Assembly: GCA_965205015.1 (NCBI GenBank)
Contig: OZ242029.1
Location: forward strand, 544,001 to 608,000
Direction: 5' to 3'
Origin: Candidatus Poribacteria bacterium
Lineage (GTDB): Bacteria; Poribacteria; WGA-4E; WGA-3G
DNA length: 64,000 nucleotides
Of this stretch, positions 9,289 through 19,286 are shown in pieces; positions within the stretch are counted from its first letter, which is position 1, and every line of letters begins with the position of its first letter. The position numbers and the translations under genes are program-made. The notes beneath the pieces are model-generated. The model searched no databases and was not told the DNA's origin. It worked only from the letters and a program-made list of their open reading frames with translations.

Positions 9289-10611
9289 ATGCTGAAGCGA
9301 ATCAAAATTCAAGGGTATAAATCACTTGTGGATCTTGAGTTAAATCTTAAACCGCTTTCTGTGCTTGTGGGTCCCAACGCCTCAGGAAAGAGCAATTTCC
9401 TTGATGCCCTACAACTTCTGTCCCGGATAACGACCTCCCAGACTTTGGAAGAAGCATTTGACCCACCGTACCGAGGACATCCGTTGGAATCGTTCACTTT
9501 TGGGGGTGAAGGTATCAAGAACCTCCTGGAAAAGGAAAGTGTCTCATTGCGTATAGAGGTAGACGTCCAACTTTCCACGACTGTTATCGAAGGTGTCAAT
9601 CGGCGTATCCAAGAAATAAGGGAAACAGCAGCGAAAAATACACAAAGTGTAAGTAAATCTGCATCAGACCGACTGCCGCCCGTGCGCGAGGAGGACTTGC
9701 GGTACCGGATTGAGATTGAAATGCTCCCAAAGCAAGGAATTTTGCGAGTAGCGGATGAACATCTCGCAGCATTAACCGACGAAGGACACCCCAAACAGAA
9801 CAGAAAGCCTTTCTTAGAGCGAATGGAAAATCGATTGCATCTACGGATGGAGGGGCAGGCGCATCCACTCTACTATGAACGCTATCTTGACTATAGCATC
9901 CTTTCGAGATCGCACTATCCACCCCACTATCCTCATTTGACTGCGATGCAACGAGAGTTGGCAAACTGGCTTACGTTCTACCTCGAGCCGAGAGAACAGA
10001 TGCGACTCCCAAATCCAGTCAAGGCAGTTCACGATATTGGACCAAAGGGGGAAGATCTCGCAGCCTTTCTTAATACCTTGAAAGCCCGTAATAAGCAACA
10101 ATTTGAATCCGTAGAGAAATCGCTTCATACCATGATTCCATCTATAACCGGGATTGATGTCAATGTTAACGAATTAGGTGAAGTTGAATTGGACCTTCGT
10201 GAAGGTGAAACGCGCGTTTCTGCCCGCGTCTTATCGGAGGGCACCCTCCGAATTTTAGGAATCTTAGCACTTGTTAGTGCCGAAGAACCTCCGGCGTTGA
10301 TAGGATTTGAGGAACCCGAGAATGGCATTCATCCCCGTAGGATTCGGCGCATTGCTCGGTTTTTGGAAACTCGCATGCTTCCTGAAGATATCCAATTCAT
10401 TGTGACGACGCATTCATCACTCTTGCCCGATCTCGTTCCCCCCGAATCGTTATATGTTTGTCGTAAGGTCAACGGAAACACAGAGATTGAGCCTTTCACC
10501 ATGATGCATGTAGGTCCCCTATGGAAAAAATCAGATATTGAGGTCGCATTGGACGACGAAGATGCTTTATCCCCTTCGGAACGTATCTTACGGGGAGACT
10601 TTGATGCGTGA
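9289..10611 (+). CDS. AAA_21-type ABC-like ATPase
   Basis: ATG at 9289 after GGAGG. 'MLKRIKIQGYKSL', Walker A GPNASGKS, 'LSEGTLR', 'FEEPENGIHP', 'VTTHS'. Confidence 0.9.
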   Translation: MLKRIKIQGYKSLVDLELNLKPLSVLVGPNASGKSNFLDALQLLSRITTSQTLEEAFDPPYRGHPLESFTFGGEGIKNLLEKESVSLRIEVDVQLSTTVIEGVNRRIQEIRETAAKNTQSVSKSASDRLPPVREEDLRYRIEIEMLPKQGILRVADEHLAALTDEGHPKQNRKPFLERMENRLHLRMEGQAHPLYYERYLDYSILSRSHYPPHYPHLTAMQRELANWLTFYLEPREQMRLPNPVKAVHDIGPKGEDLAAFLNTLKARNKQQFESVEKSLHTMIPSITGIDVNVNELGEVELDLREGETRVSARVLSEGTLRILGILALVSAEEPPALIGFEEPENGIHPRRIRRIARFLETRMLPEDIQFIVTTHSSLLPDLVPPESLYVCRKVNGNTEIEPFTMMHVGPLWKKSDIEVALDDEDALSPSERILRGDFDA

Positions 10612-10613
10612 TA

Positions 10614-12233
10614 TCAATCCATCATTCCCGCTGCATGCCTCCCTGCAGCTGGATCACCAGCAGCATAATAGGTTCCGCTATCTTTGTCAATATGGATCAT
10701 GGAAGGCGCAGCAATAGCACCGCCGTGCGCTCTAATTTGATGCCCGCGACCGGCAAGCTCCTCTCGAACGCTCTCACTCACACTATCGTTGATGGTTAAC
10801 GAACCCACTTGTCCGAACGTCTCTATACGGTTCGGATTCGGATCAAACGAATCTTCGTGATGTGCGGTGGCAAAGCGTGGGGCTGTGACAGCCGCTTCGG
10901 GTTGCATACCGAACTCAACGAAATCGAGCAGTAAATTCATCGTCGCTTGATCTTGCAAATCACCACCGGCAACGCTGATCGATAAAATTGGGGCACCCTC
11001 CTTGAGAACGAGTGTCGGGGTCAGCGTGATTCTCGGACGTTTTCCGGGTTGGATACAGTTCGGATGCCCGAGGGTTGTGTTAAGACTTCGTAAGCGATTG
11101 CCGTAACTGACACCTGTAGGACCGACCATACCCCCTGCGTGATAGACGTTAGCACTCGGGGTCGCAGCGACGACATTCCCCCACCGGTCGGCGACCGCAC
11201 AGGTCGTCGTCCCACCGACTCCGGGTCGAAATACACCACCAGGCTTTAGCGGCTGCATGTTATCCACGTCGCCGGGGCGCGCCTCGAGTGAGGCTTTCTG
11301 CATATCGATGAGGGGTCGGCGAATCTCAGTATAGGCATCCGAAAGCAGCTCGGATAAGGGAACATCTACAAATTCCGGATCGCCATAGTACGCGTCGCGG
11401 TCAGCCATCGCCAATTTAAGTGATTCCGTAACCACATGCACGTAGTCTGTCGAGCAATTGCCCATCGCTTTGAGATCGAAGCCCTCCAGCAGACGCAACG
11501 CCTGACAGAGATAGGGACCTTGCGTCCACGGACCGCACTTGTATACCCTATACCCTCGGTAATCGACTGCCACAGGATCCTCAACAAGCGTAACATGGGC
11601 AGCGAGGTCCGCCTTACGGAGAAATCCACCCTTGTCAATGTAAAAACCTTCTAATGCATCGGCAATATCGGTATCAGCCCCGTTCCGCCCGTAAAACCGA
11701 TCGCTTGCGGCTTGGATTTTTTCCTCACGGCTCCCAGATGTCTTCTGTTCCGATTCAACCATCCGACGCAGGGTAACCGCCAAATCAGAATGCCAATCTG
11801 CCTCGCCAGCATCCAGCAGTGCCAATGTAGGTGCGATAATTTCCTCAAACGTCAGGGTTCCATACAGTTTGAGTGTCGTCGTGCAGAGGTCCACAACCGA
11901 CGGAACGGGTGCCATTTTGATATCGCCATTCGGGATTCCGTTTTCCATGTACCAGTCGATAGCAGTTTGGGAAAGCGGTGCACGCCCTTGTCCGGAGAGG
12001 GATTTTACTTCCTGTGTGTCCGAATCAAAGATAAGGAGCGGCACTTCACCCCCAATAGAACAGGCACCGTGGTCTGTGACATTGAGTGCAAAAATCGTTC
12101 CTGCCGCTGCGTCTGCCGCATTTCCGCCCGCCTCCAGAATCTCGATCCCCGCTGCGACAGCCTTGGCACCACCCGCAGCAACGACCCCCGTTTTGCTAAC
12201 AGCATTCCAACCAATTTCTCGAGTGTTCGGCAT
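10614..12233 (-). CDS. ggt: Gamma-glutamyltransferase family protein
   Basis: 'ILEAGGNAADAA', 'LAMADRDAYYGDP', nucleophile region 'GGTTTCAVADRWGN', 'PGKRPRITLTP'. Confidence 0.88.
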   Translation of the reverse strand: MPNTREIGWNAVSKTGVVAAGGAKAVAAGIEILEAGGNAADAAAGTIFALNVTDHGACSIGGEVPLLIFDSDTQEVKSLSGQGRAPLSQTAIDWYMENGIPNGDIKMAPVPSVVDLCTTTLKLYGTLTFEEIIAPTLALLDAGEADWHSDLAVTLRRMVESEQKTSGSREEKIQAASDRFYGRNGADTDIADALEGFYIDKGGFLRKADLAAHVTLVEDPVAVDYRGYRVYKCGPWTQGPYLCQALRLLEGFDLKAMGNCSTDYVHVVTESLKLAMADRDAYYGDPEFVDVPLSELLSDAYTEIRRPLIDMQKASLEARPGDVDNMQPLKPGGVFRPGVGGTTTCAVADRWGNVVAATPSANVYHAGGMVGPTGVSYGNRLRSLNTTLGHPNCIQPGKRPRITLTPTLVLKEGAPILSISVAGGDLQDQATMNLLLDFVEFGMQPEAAVTAPRFATAHHEDSFDPNPNRIETFGQVGSLTINDSVSESVREELAGRGHQIRAHGGAIAAPSMIHIDKDSGTYYAAGDPAAGRHAAGMMD

Positions 12234-12455
12234 TGGTTTCTCCTTTGCTTAAGTGTCAGAGATAGTTCTGATTTCCTTCTTTGCCTGAGAGCATAGCATA
12301 AACTTTTATCTTATGCAATGTCTAAACCAAAAATGGGTTGAATAATCAGACGGAGTCGGTTAAAATATTGTTCAAACAGTGAGTCAAGTACATGATAATC
12401 CTCACAAAATCAGCCCATTTGAAAATGCCAACAATCAACCCAAAAAAGGATTTGA

Positions 12456-12725
12456 ATGCCTGAGATTTGTCGATTTTTCGGTATCATAATACGAATGTAT
12501 GCAGAGCCTCGAACACCTCATCATCGTCCCCATTTTCACGCTTATTACCAAGGAGAGGTTGGTGTATATGCGATTGACAGAATTGAATTGATCGCAGGTC
12601 AACTTCCCAGGCGACAGCACCGTCTGGTCGAGGCTTGGGCAGAGTTACATCAGACAGAATTGTTGTCAGATTGGGAACGATTACAATCAGGTCGAACACC
12701 ATTCAGCATTGACCCACTTCAATAA
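12456..12725 (+). CDS. DUF4160 domain protein (putative toxin)
   Basis: 'MPEICRFFGIIIRMY...PHFHAYY...LVEAWAELHQ.EL..W'. Confidence 0.88.
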   Translation: MPEICRFFGIIIRMYAEPRTPHHRPHFHAYYQGEVGVYAIDRIELIAGQLPRRQHRLVEAWAELHQTELLSDWERLQSGRTPFSIDPLQ

Positions 12726-12736
12726 AGGAGGGCGGT

Positions 12737-13039
12737 ATGAGTCATCCAATATATCGCGTGGTTTTTTTCGAAATACAGGCACCCTACACACTTCGCGTCT
12801 GTTTTGATGACGATACAGAGCAAGTTATAGACTTCCAACCCACATTAGAAGGTGAATTATTCGGTCCACTTCGCGATAGTTCTTTATTCAACCAAGTGCG
12901 GATTGATCCGGAAGTTCATACGTTGGTATGGCCGAATGGGGCTGATTTTGATCCAGCGACCTTACATGATTGGCCTGGGCATTTGCCTGAACTTAAGAGG
13001 ATGGCCAAGTGTTGGTCTAAGGCAATCGAAGCATCATGA
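12737..13039 (+). CDS. DUF2442 domain protein (putative antitoxin)
   Basis: 'L.V.FDD...G.LFGPLRD..LFNQV.ID...TLVWPNGADFDP..L'. Directly follows the DUF4160 gene. Confidence 0.88.
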   Translation: MSHPIYRVVFFEIQAPYTLRVCFDDDTEQVIDFQPTLEGELFGPLRDSSLFNQVRIDPEVHTLVWPNGADFDPATLHDWPGHLPELKRMAKCWSKAIEAS

Positions 13040-13914
13040 TCGAAATACAATCTCACACCCATGCAAGCGAACTGATCTCACTTTCAGGCACTTACTTGGA
13101 ACGGCATGAGAGTGAAAATAATTTGCCGATTGGTCTGGCTTATAGGCTCGCTGAAGATCCATACTACTACGGGTCCGAGGTGCCGCTGCTGCTGAGTATT
13201 TTGGAGCGTGGGAAAGTCGTCGGGGTCGCAGTAATGACACCCCCTAAAAGAATCATTTTGAGCAAAATTGACGCGAAAATCCAACCCGTTGTCGTGCATC
13301 TTGTGCGTCACCTACGTGAAACTGATACGCAAATACCGGGGGTCGTTGGACCAATGGTAGAAGCCCAAACCTTTTCAGAGCATTGGATTGAGGGTATAGT
13401 TGGTATATCCGCCAAAATAGACAAGCGAATGCGTGTATTTGAAGCAAGAGAGGCAGCGGATCTGCCACTTTCAGCGGGGAAGTTACGTTTGGCTCGTCCG
13501 GATGACCACCTACTTATGGCGCGATGGATTGTCGGTCTCTCGGAAGCAATAGGTGAACCTGTCGATCTTGAGAGTGCCAGCAGCCGCGCTGAGAAACTCA
13601 TCAAGGATCAGCAACTATACGTATGGGATCGCAACGGTCCCGTATCTATTGCCGGTGTGTCCCGTCCCATGAGAAATGGAATGACAATCGGTCTCGTGTA
13701 CACACCACCAGAGCATCGCAAGAAGGGATATGCGACTTCATGTGTTTTGTTGTTGACGAAGAAACTGTTCTCGGATGGGTATTCATTTTGCAGCCTATAC
13801 ACCGATCTATCAAATCCAACTTCTAACAGCATTTACACTAAAATCGGTTATGTGCCTGTCGGGGATGCGTTGGCATTTGATTTCATATCTTCAGATCGAC
13901 ACAATGTCGTCTAA
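13036..13914 (+). CDS. GNAT family acetyltransferase (FR47-like C-terminal domain), paralog 1
   Basis: 'VYTPPEHRKKGYA...LYTDLSNPTSNSIYTKIGY'. Confidence 0.88.
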   Translation: MIEIQSHTHASELISLSGTYLERHESENNLPIGLAYRLAEDPYYYGSEVPLLLSILERGKVVGVAVMTPPKRIILSKIDAKIQPVVVHLVRHLRETDTQIPGVVGPMVEAQTFSEHWIEGIVGISAKIDKRMRVFEAREAADLPLSAGKLRLARPDDHLLMARWIVGLSEAIGEPVDLESASSRAEKLIKDQQLYVWDRNGPVSIAGVSRPMRNGMTIGLVYTPPEHRKKGYATSCVLLLTKKLFSDGYSFCSLYTDLSNPTSNSIYTKIGYVPVGDALAFDFISSDRHNVV

Positions 13915-13995
13915 CATCCTGCCTTCAGTTGTAGTCCAAGATAACTTTCGCCAAACCATGGCACCGGCACCATTTTAGCACTCACAGGAGAAAAT

Positions 13996-15060
13996 ATGGC
14001 TGAATACAAAATTGCGGTCATTCGAGGAGACGGTATTGGAATTGAAGTGATGGAAGAGGGACTCAAGGTCCTCAACGCTATCGCCAATAGATACGGCATC
14101 CAATGGGACTTCGTGGAGTTTCCTTGGGGCTCAGACTACTATTTCAAGCACGGACACATGATGCCAGCAGATGCGATTGATACTCTGGCGGCGTTCGACC
14201 AGATTTATCTTGGCGCAGTCGGACACCCTGACATCCAAGACCACGTTACGCTCAATGGGCTTTTGCTGCCGATCCGACGTAGATTCGATCAATACGTCTG
14301 TGAGCGACCCAGTGTTCTCTATCCCGGTATTAACACACCGCTCAAGAACAAAGGGGCTTGGGAGATTGACTTAGTGGTAATCAGAGAGAATACAGAAGGG
14401 GAGTATGCCAACGTCGGTGGATTCCAGTACCAAGGGTTCCCGGAAGAGGTCGGCGTGCAGGTTGGCGTATTTACGCGCCACGGCTGTGAGCGTATTATCA
14501 CTTATGCCTTCGAACAAGCTCGGGCACGAGACAAAAAACGCAAAGTCACTTCAGTCACCAAGTCGAACGCGCAAGGCTACGGCATGATTGTCTGGGATAC
14601 AGCCTTCGAACGAGTCGCTGCAAAGTATCCCGACATAGAGGCGGAATCGTTGCTTGTAGACGCAGCATGTATGGATTTCGTGCGGAGACCCGAGGACTTT
14701 GATGTGGTCGTCGCCAGCAACCTGTTTGGAGATATCCTCACGGACATCGGTGCGATTATCACCGGAAGCATGGGACTGGCACCGAGCGGCAATATCGATC
14801 CGCAACGTCGATTCCCGTCGATGTTTGAACCTGTTCACGGGAGTGCACCGGACATCATGGGGATGGGTATCTCCAATCCGCTGGCGGCGATCATCTCTGG
14901 TTCGATGATGTTGCGGTTCATGGGTGAGGTGGAAGCGGCGGAAACGATAGATGCGGCTGTGCTAAAGGTCGTTGAGGATGGCAAAACCCTCCCACCTGAC
15001 CTTGGGGGTCAAGCCACAACCTCACAGGTTGGAAATGCTGTAGTGAATGCGCTCGGCTAA
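13996..15060 (+). CDS. Tartrate dehydrogenase/decarboxylase (D-malate dehydrogenase; IsoDH/IPMDH family)
   Basis: 'GDGIGIEV', 'IRRRFDQYV', 'RENTEGEY', 'TKSNA', 'NLFGDILTD', 'SMFEPVHGSAPDI'. Confidence 0.85.
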   Translation: MAEYKIAVIRGDGIGIEVMEEGLKVLNAIANRYGIQWDFVEFPWGSDYYFKHGHMMPADAIDTLAAFDQIYLGAVGHPDIQDHVTLNGLLLPIRRRFDQYVCERPSVLYPGINTPLKNKGAWEIDLVVIRENTEGEYANVGGFQYQGFPEEVGVQVGVFTRHGCERIITYAFEQARARDKKRKVTSVTKSNAQGYGMIVWDTAFERVAAKYPDIEAESLLVDAACMDFVRRPEDFDVVVASNLFGDILTDIGAIITGSMGLAPSGNIDPQRRFPSMFEPVHGSAPDIMGMGISNPLAAIISGSMMLRFMGEVEAAETIDAAVLKVVEDGKTLPPDLGGQATTSQVGNAVVNALG

Positions 15061-15180
15061 TGTGTTTTGTCATGTTCCAATATGAAATGGGAATTTGGTG
15101 ATATTGGATCGACTTATAAAACTGCGTGTGCGCGACATTCCTTTGTTTGAAAGGCTGTCAGTTAGATTAATACCTATCTC

Positions 15181-15747
15181 ATGAATACCACTCGTGAACT
15201 TGGAAAAATTATCCTCATCAACGGCGCGTCTAGTGCTGGAAAATCAACACTTGCTCGTCAATTACAGCAAAAACTGCCAATCCCATTCTGGCACCTTTCG
15301 TTCGATCACCTCCGTGATTCCAATGCCCTACCGATGGCACGTATTCTCAGCGGTGAAATCGATTGGCCAACGATGAGACCTGCCGTCTTTGATGGATTTC
15401 ATCGGTGTCTGCCAGTTTTGGCTGAGGTAGGTAACAATCTTATCGTCGATCATATTATTGAAAATGAGATATGGATGTCGGATCTGGTGCAATTACTCGC
15501 CGGTTTGGATGTATTCTTTGTTGGCATACACTGCCCACTTCCTGAACTTGAGCGTAGGGAGTGTGAAAGGGGAGATCGGCGAATCGGGGAAGCTCGAACG
15601 GACTATCAAGTCATACACAGTTTTACCGAGTATGATCTGGAAATTGACTCAATGCAGCCGTGCCAAACCAATGTAGATATAATAATGAATGCTTGGAAAG
15701 TTCGCCAGCCTCCTAGTGCCTTTGACCGGATGGCTGCGCGAGAATGA
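15181..15747 (+). CDS. Chloramphenicol phosphotransferase (CPT)-like P-loop kinase
   Basis: 'IILINGASSAGKST', 'GNNLIVDH', 'VGIHCPLPELERRE..RGDR..G.A', 'YDLEIDS'. Confidence 0.85.
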   Translation: MNTTRELGKIILINGASSAGKSTLARQLQQKLPIPFWHLSFDHLRDSNALPMARILSGEIDWPTMRPAVFDGFHRCLPVLAEVGNNLIVDHIIENEIWMSDLVQLLAGLDVFFVGIHCPLPELERRECERGDRRIGEARTDYQVIHSFTEYDLEIDSMQPCQTNVDIIMNAWKVRQPPSAFDRMAARE

Positions 15748-15780
15748 AAGCACAATTAACCTAATACTTGGAGAATAGAT

Positions 15781-16473
15781 ATGACACTCGGTTCGATTCA
15801 TGACGCCGCAGCAAACGGGGACCTCAATGCCGTAAAGAAAATCCTTGAACAGGACCCTCGTCTGGTCAACCAAGACGACAGATACGAATGGCGTCCTATA
15901 TTTCATGCCGGATTAAGACGGCACTACGATGTTGTTAAATATCTCATAGACTGTGGTGCCGATCTGGCAGCGCATGATGGCTATGCGATTCACTATGCAG
16001 GAGAAGTACCAGACAATAAGGAAGTCGTATCATTACTCATTGCGTACGGTGGCTTGGATGCACATGCCAAACCCTCAAGCGAAGCCGCGCGTCAGTTTAT
16101 ATACGCCGTTTTCTTAGCCAATGTGCCGCGAGTTAACGCAATGCTCCGGGACACCCCAAAGTTAGTGCAGGAGCGTTACGCCCGTGGCGATACAGCCTTG
16201 CACCATGCGACTCGAAACGGGGATCTGGAAATTGTAGCACAATTGGTCGGCAGTGGTGCAGATGTCAATGTAACGTCAGATCACGGGCATTTTCCCCTCT
16301 ACTGCGCAGCCGGTCATGGACATGTAGAAACGACGCAATATCTGGTAGAACACGGTGCAGATTTACAAGCCAGACTCGGGGACGGCAAAACGGTCATTGA
16401 GTGGCTAAAACAGTTTGCGAATCATGACCGTCGCTTGAAATCCTGTCTTGATGTATTAGAGAGAGAACAGTAA
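15781..16473 (+). CDS. Ankyrin repeat protein
   Basis: 'GDTALHHATRNGDLEIVAQLVGSGADVN' and 'PLYCAAGHGHVETTQYLVEHGAD'. Confidence 0.9.
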   Translation: MTLGSIHDAAANGDLNAVKKILEQDPRLVNQDDRYEWRPIFHAGLRRHYDVVKYLIDCGADLAAHDGYAIHYAGEVPDNKEVVSLLIAYGGLDAHAKPSSEAARQFIYAVFLANVPRVNAMLRDTPKLVQERYARGDTALHHATRNGDLEIVAQLVGSGADVNVTSDHGHFPLYCAAGHGHVETTQYLVEHGADLQARLGDGKTVIEWLKQFANHDRRLKSCLDVLEREQ

Positions 16474-16509
16474 TAATATGCAAAAATAAGAACCTAACGG
16501 AGGAGTAAT

Positions 16510-17181
16510 TTGAAAGCCGTTTTCTTCGATCTATTCGAAACCCTTATCACTGAGAAAACGAGAAAAGATTTCCAAGCAAGGGCTTCGTTTCACGAGCGAC
16601 TGGGCACGACTGAAGATAAATCTTTGCTTTGGTGGGGGGAAAATGAGGATGCCGCGATGATCGGAAAATTTTCTGATTGTCTGGCGAGATTCACCGATAT
16701 GTGTATAGCAGTCGAGTCGCCACTGACGAAAAATGAGATTATCATGGCTGCCCAAGAGCATGAGGTATGGAAATCAAAAGTCTTGCGTCAAGTCGAGCCT
16801 CAGATATTTGAAATGTTGCGCGCAGTCCGGGCGCGTGGGCTGAAAGTTGGAATTATCAGCAATGCCTTACCAGAAGAGGTTCTCGCTTGGCGATTTTGTC
16901 CACTCCAAGATCACGTGGATCCGGTCGTGTTTTCCTGCAGTGTCGGCGTAATGAAACCCGATAGGGAGATATTCGAACTGGCTTGTTCGCGCATGCGTGT
17001 CCAACCTTCTGAAGCATATTTTGTTGGCGATGGCGGTTACGATGAACTGCAGGGCGCGGTATCTGTCGGCATGAAGGCGATTCAGGCAGCGTGGTATCAA
17101 GATCGAGACGTGCCATGGTCCTGCACGCCTCCTTTAGTCCGGGCAAACTCGATAAAAGACCTTCCTCTGCTACTGTGTTAG
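16510..17181 (+). CDS. HAD-superfamily hydrolase
   Basis: 'AVFFDLFETL', 'IISN', 'KPDREIF', 'FVGDG..DEL.GA'. Confidence 0.88.
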   Translation: MKAVFFDLFETLITEKTRKDFQARASFHERLGTTEDKSLLWWGENEDAAMIGKFSDCLARFTDMCIAVESPLTKNEIIMAAQEHEVWKSKVLRQVEPQIFEMLRAVRARGLKVGIISNALPEEVLAWRFCPLQDHVDPVVFSCSVGVMKPDREIFELACSRMRVQPSEAYFVGDGGYDELQGAVSVGMKAIQAAWYQDRDVPWSCTPPLVRANSIKDLPLLLC

Positions 17182-17211
17182 GTGAGGTTACACAAAGGAA
17201 ACCGAAGCATT

Positions 17212-18093
17212 ATGATCGAAATACGATCTCACACCCATGCCAGCGAACTGATTTCACTTTCGAGGGCTTACCTGGAACAGAATGAGAGCGAAAACAACAG
17301 ACCCCTCGGTTACGCGTATAGGCTCGCTGAAGGTTCAGACAATTACGACTCTGAGTCGCCCGTTTTGTTAAGTATTTTGGAGCACGGGGAAGTCATCGGG
17401 GTCGCAATAATGTTCCGACCTTATGGCGGTATTACTTTGAGCAGGATTAGCACAAGCATCGACGCTGCTGTCCTTCAACTGGTGCGCCACCTCCGTGAAA
17501 TTGATGTCCAGATATCGGGGATTATTGGACCTACGGCGGAAGCTCAAGCCTTTTCTGATTTTTGGGTTGAAGGTATGCCTGATGTATCCGCCAGAATAAG
17601 CATGCGGATGCGTGTATTTGAAGCAAGACGTGTCGAAAATCTGCCACTTTCACCGGGGAAGTTACGTCTCGCACGTCGGGAGGACCACCCGCTCATGGCG
17701 GGATGGATTTCAGACTACTCGGAGGCAGTAGGGAAACCTCTCAGCTTTGACAATGCTAAAAGTTGGGCTGAGAAGTGCATCCAGAATCGGCAATTACATA
17801 TTTGGGATATCAATGGACCTGTTTCTATCGCCAATGTGGCCCGCCCGACAAGAAATGGTATAGCAATCCACTCGGTCTACACGCCTCCAGAACATCGCAA
17901 TAAGGGATATGCGACTTCCTGCGTTTGGGCGTTGACACAGAAGATGCTGACGGCTCGCTATTCATTTTGCAGTCTATACACCGATTTATCAAACCCAACT
18001 TCTAACAGCATCTACGCCAAAATCGGTTACGTCCCAGTCGGGGACGCGCTGGCAGTCGATTTTCAATCCAATAGGGTTAAGAGTAAAATATGA
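17212..18093 (+). CDS. GNAT family acetyltransferase, paralog 2
   Basis: Collinear with 13036..13914, with near-identical DNA at the start (atgatcgaaatacRatctcacacccatgc). Confidence 0.88.
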   Translation: MIEIRSHTHASELISLSRAYLEQNESENNRPLGYAYRLAEGSDNYDSESPVLLSILEHGEVIGVAIMFRPYGGITLSRISTSIDAAVLQLVRHLREIDVQISGIIGPTAEAQAFSDFWVEGMPDVSARISMRMRVFEARRVENLPLSPGKLRLARREDHPLMAGWISDYSEAVGKPLSFDNAKSWAEKCIQNRQLHIWDINGPVSIANVARPTRNGIAIHSVYTPPEHRNKGYATSCVWALTQKMLTARYSFCSLYTDLSNPTSNSIYAKIGYVPVGDALAVDFQSNRVKSKI

Positions 18094-18299
18094 TAAAGGT
18101 CTTCTCAATTTCCAATTAGAAGCGAGGGTGACTTGGGGAAAACCGCTGGCATAGGACAAAGCACTGTGACTCCTAACACCATGTTTTTATAATTTTATGC
18201 ACCCTTTTTGCCTCTAAATTGTGTCACTAATGATCGTAAAGTTATCTATCATTGATTCAGATAGTGAAAAGTGCACAATAATAGTAGGAGGCCCCTTTC

Positions 18300-19175
18300 A
18301 TGGTTACCAGCTTTAAGTTTCTGCTCATCGTAGCTCTGTTTCTCAACTTCGGTGTGCCCGTTTTTTCTTTCCAACCTTCTGGTGGCGTTTTGTCGCTGGA
18401 TGGGATTGATGACTATGCAGTATATCCGTTTGCGGAACGCGGATTTCTTTTCCCAAAAAACACCGATAAATTTACTGTCGAGATGTGGTTCTATCCGAAA
18501 GATGGACCGAAGAACGGAGAGAGGGATCTCATTTTCAGCCAGCAAGTTTATTTCGAATTGACTTCATTCCTCACTGGGTGGTGTAAAGACCTTGTCGATG
18601 AACTGTGTTGCTTCGGTGGTGCTTATCTGGATGGACCAGGCACCAGGGGAAACTTGACTTTTAAGGCGCCAGTGGAGATAAACCGATGGAACTATGTGGC
18701 AATCATCTACGAGAAAAGCACATTTGCTTATGTATATAACAATCGGATTCGAAATAGTGGTAGACTTGCCGTGATGGATCGGATATCTGCGGAAGTTCTC
18801 GAAAGACCTAAAGATTTCTTCGTAGGTGGATATGCGCAAGAGCATATTCTGTTCCCTGGAGCCGCGCCAACTACCGGCTTTCATGGCGACATTGATGCTA
18901 TAAGATTTTCAAAAATCGCCAGGTATGACTTACCTGAGGTAGCGTGGGTCGAGGAACCGTTCGAGCCACCCCATCGTTTTTCTCTGGATCAGCACACTAT
19001 AGCACTCTGGAATTTTGACGAACGAAAAGGGGCAACTCGCTTCCAAGATGAATCGCAAGATGGAAAGATGTTAATCGGAATGAATGGGGCTTCTATCGGC
19101 AGCGCGCTTGCGGTTGACCCGGCGAATACCTCCCTAACGACGACATGGGGACAAATCAAGGCGAGATCGCGTTGA
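18300..19175 (+). CDS. Secreted LamG-like protein with TWG C-terminal motif, tandem copy 1
   Basis: Signal peptide, 'LSLDGIDDY', 'FTVEMWFYP', 'IALWNFDE', ends 'LAVDPANTSLTTTWGQIKARSR'. Confidence 0.82.
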   Translation: MVTSFKFLLIVALFLNFGVPVFSFQPSGGVLSLDGIDDYAVYPFAERGFLFPKNTDKFTVEMWFYPKDGPKNGERDLIFSQQVYFELTSFLTGWCKDLVDELCCFGGAYLDGPGTRGNLTFKAPVEINRWNYVAIIYEKSTFAYVYNNRIRNSGRLAVMDRISAEVLERPKDFFVGGYAQEHILFPGAAPTTGFHGDIDAIRFSKIARYDLPEVAWVEEPFEPPHRFSLDQHTIALWNFDERKGATRFQDESQDGKMLIGMNGASIGSALAVDPANTSLTTTWGQIKARSR

Positions 19176-19286
19176 ACCTGATACACCAAGTCTAAGAGAA
19201 CCTTAATAGTTGAATAGGATTCGGAGAATTGACCGAATTTACGAAACAAAACCAAGGCATGCATTCTGAATCCGAAGGAGATTTCG

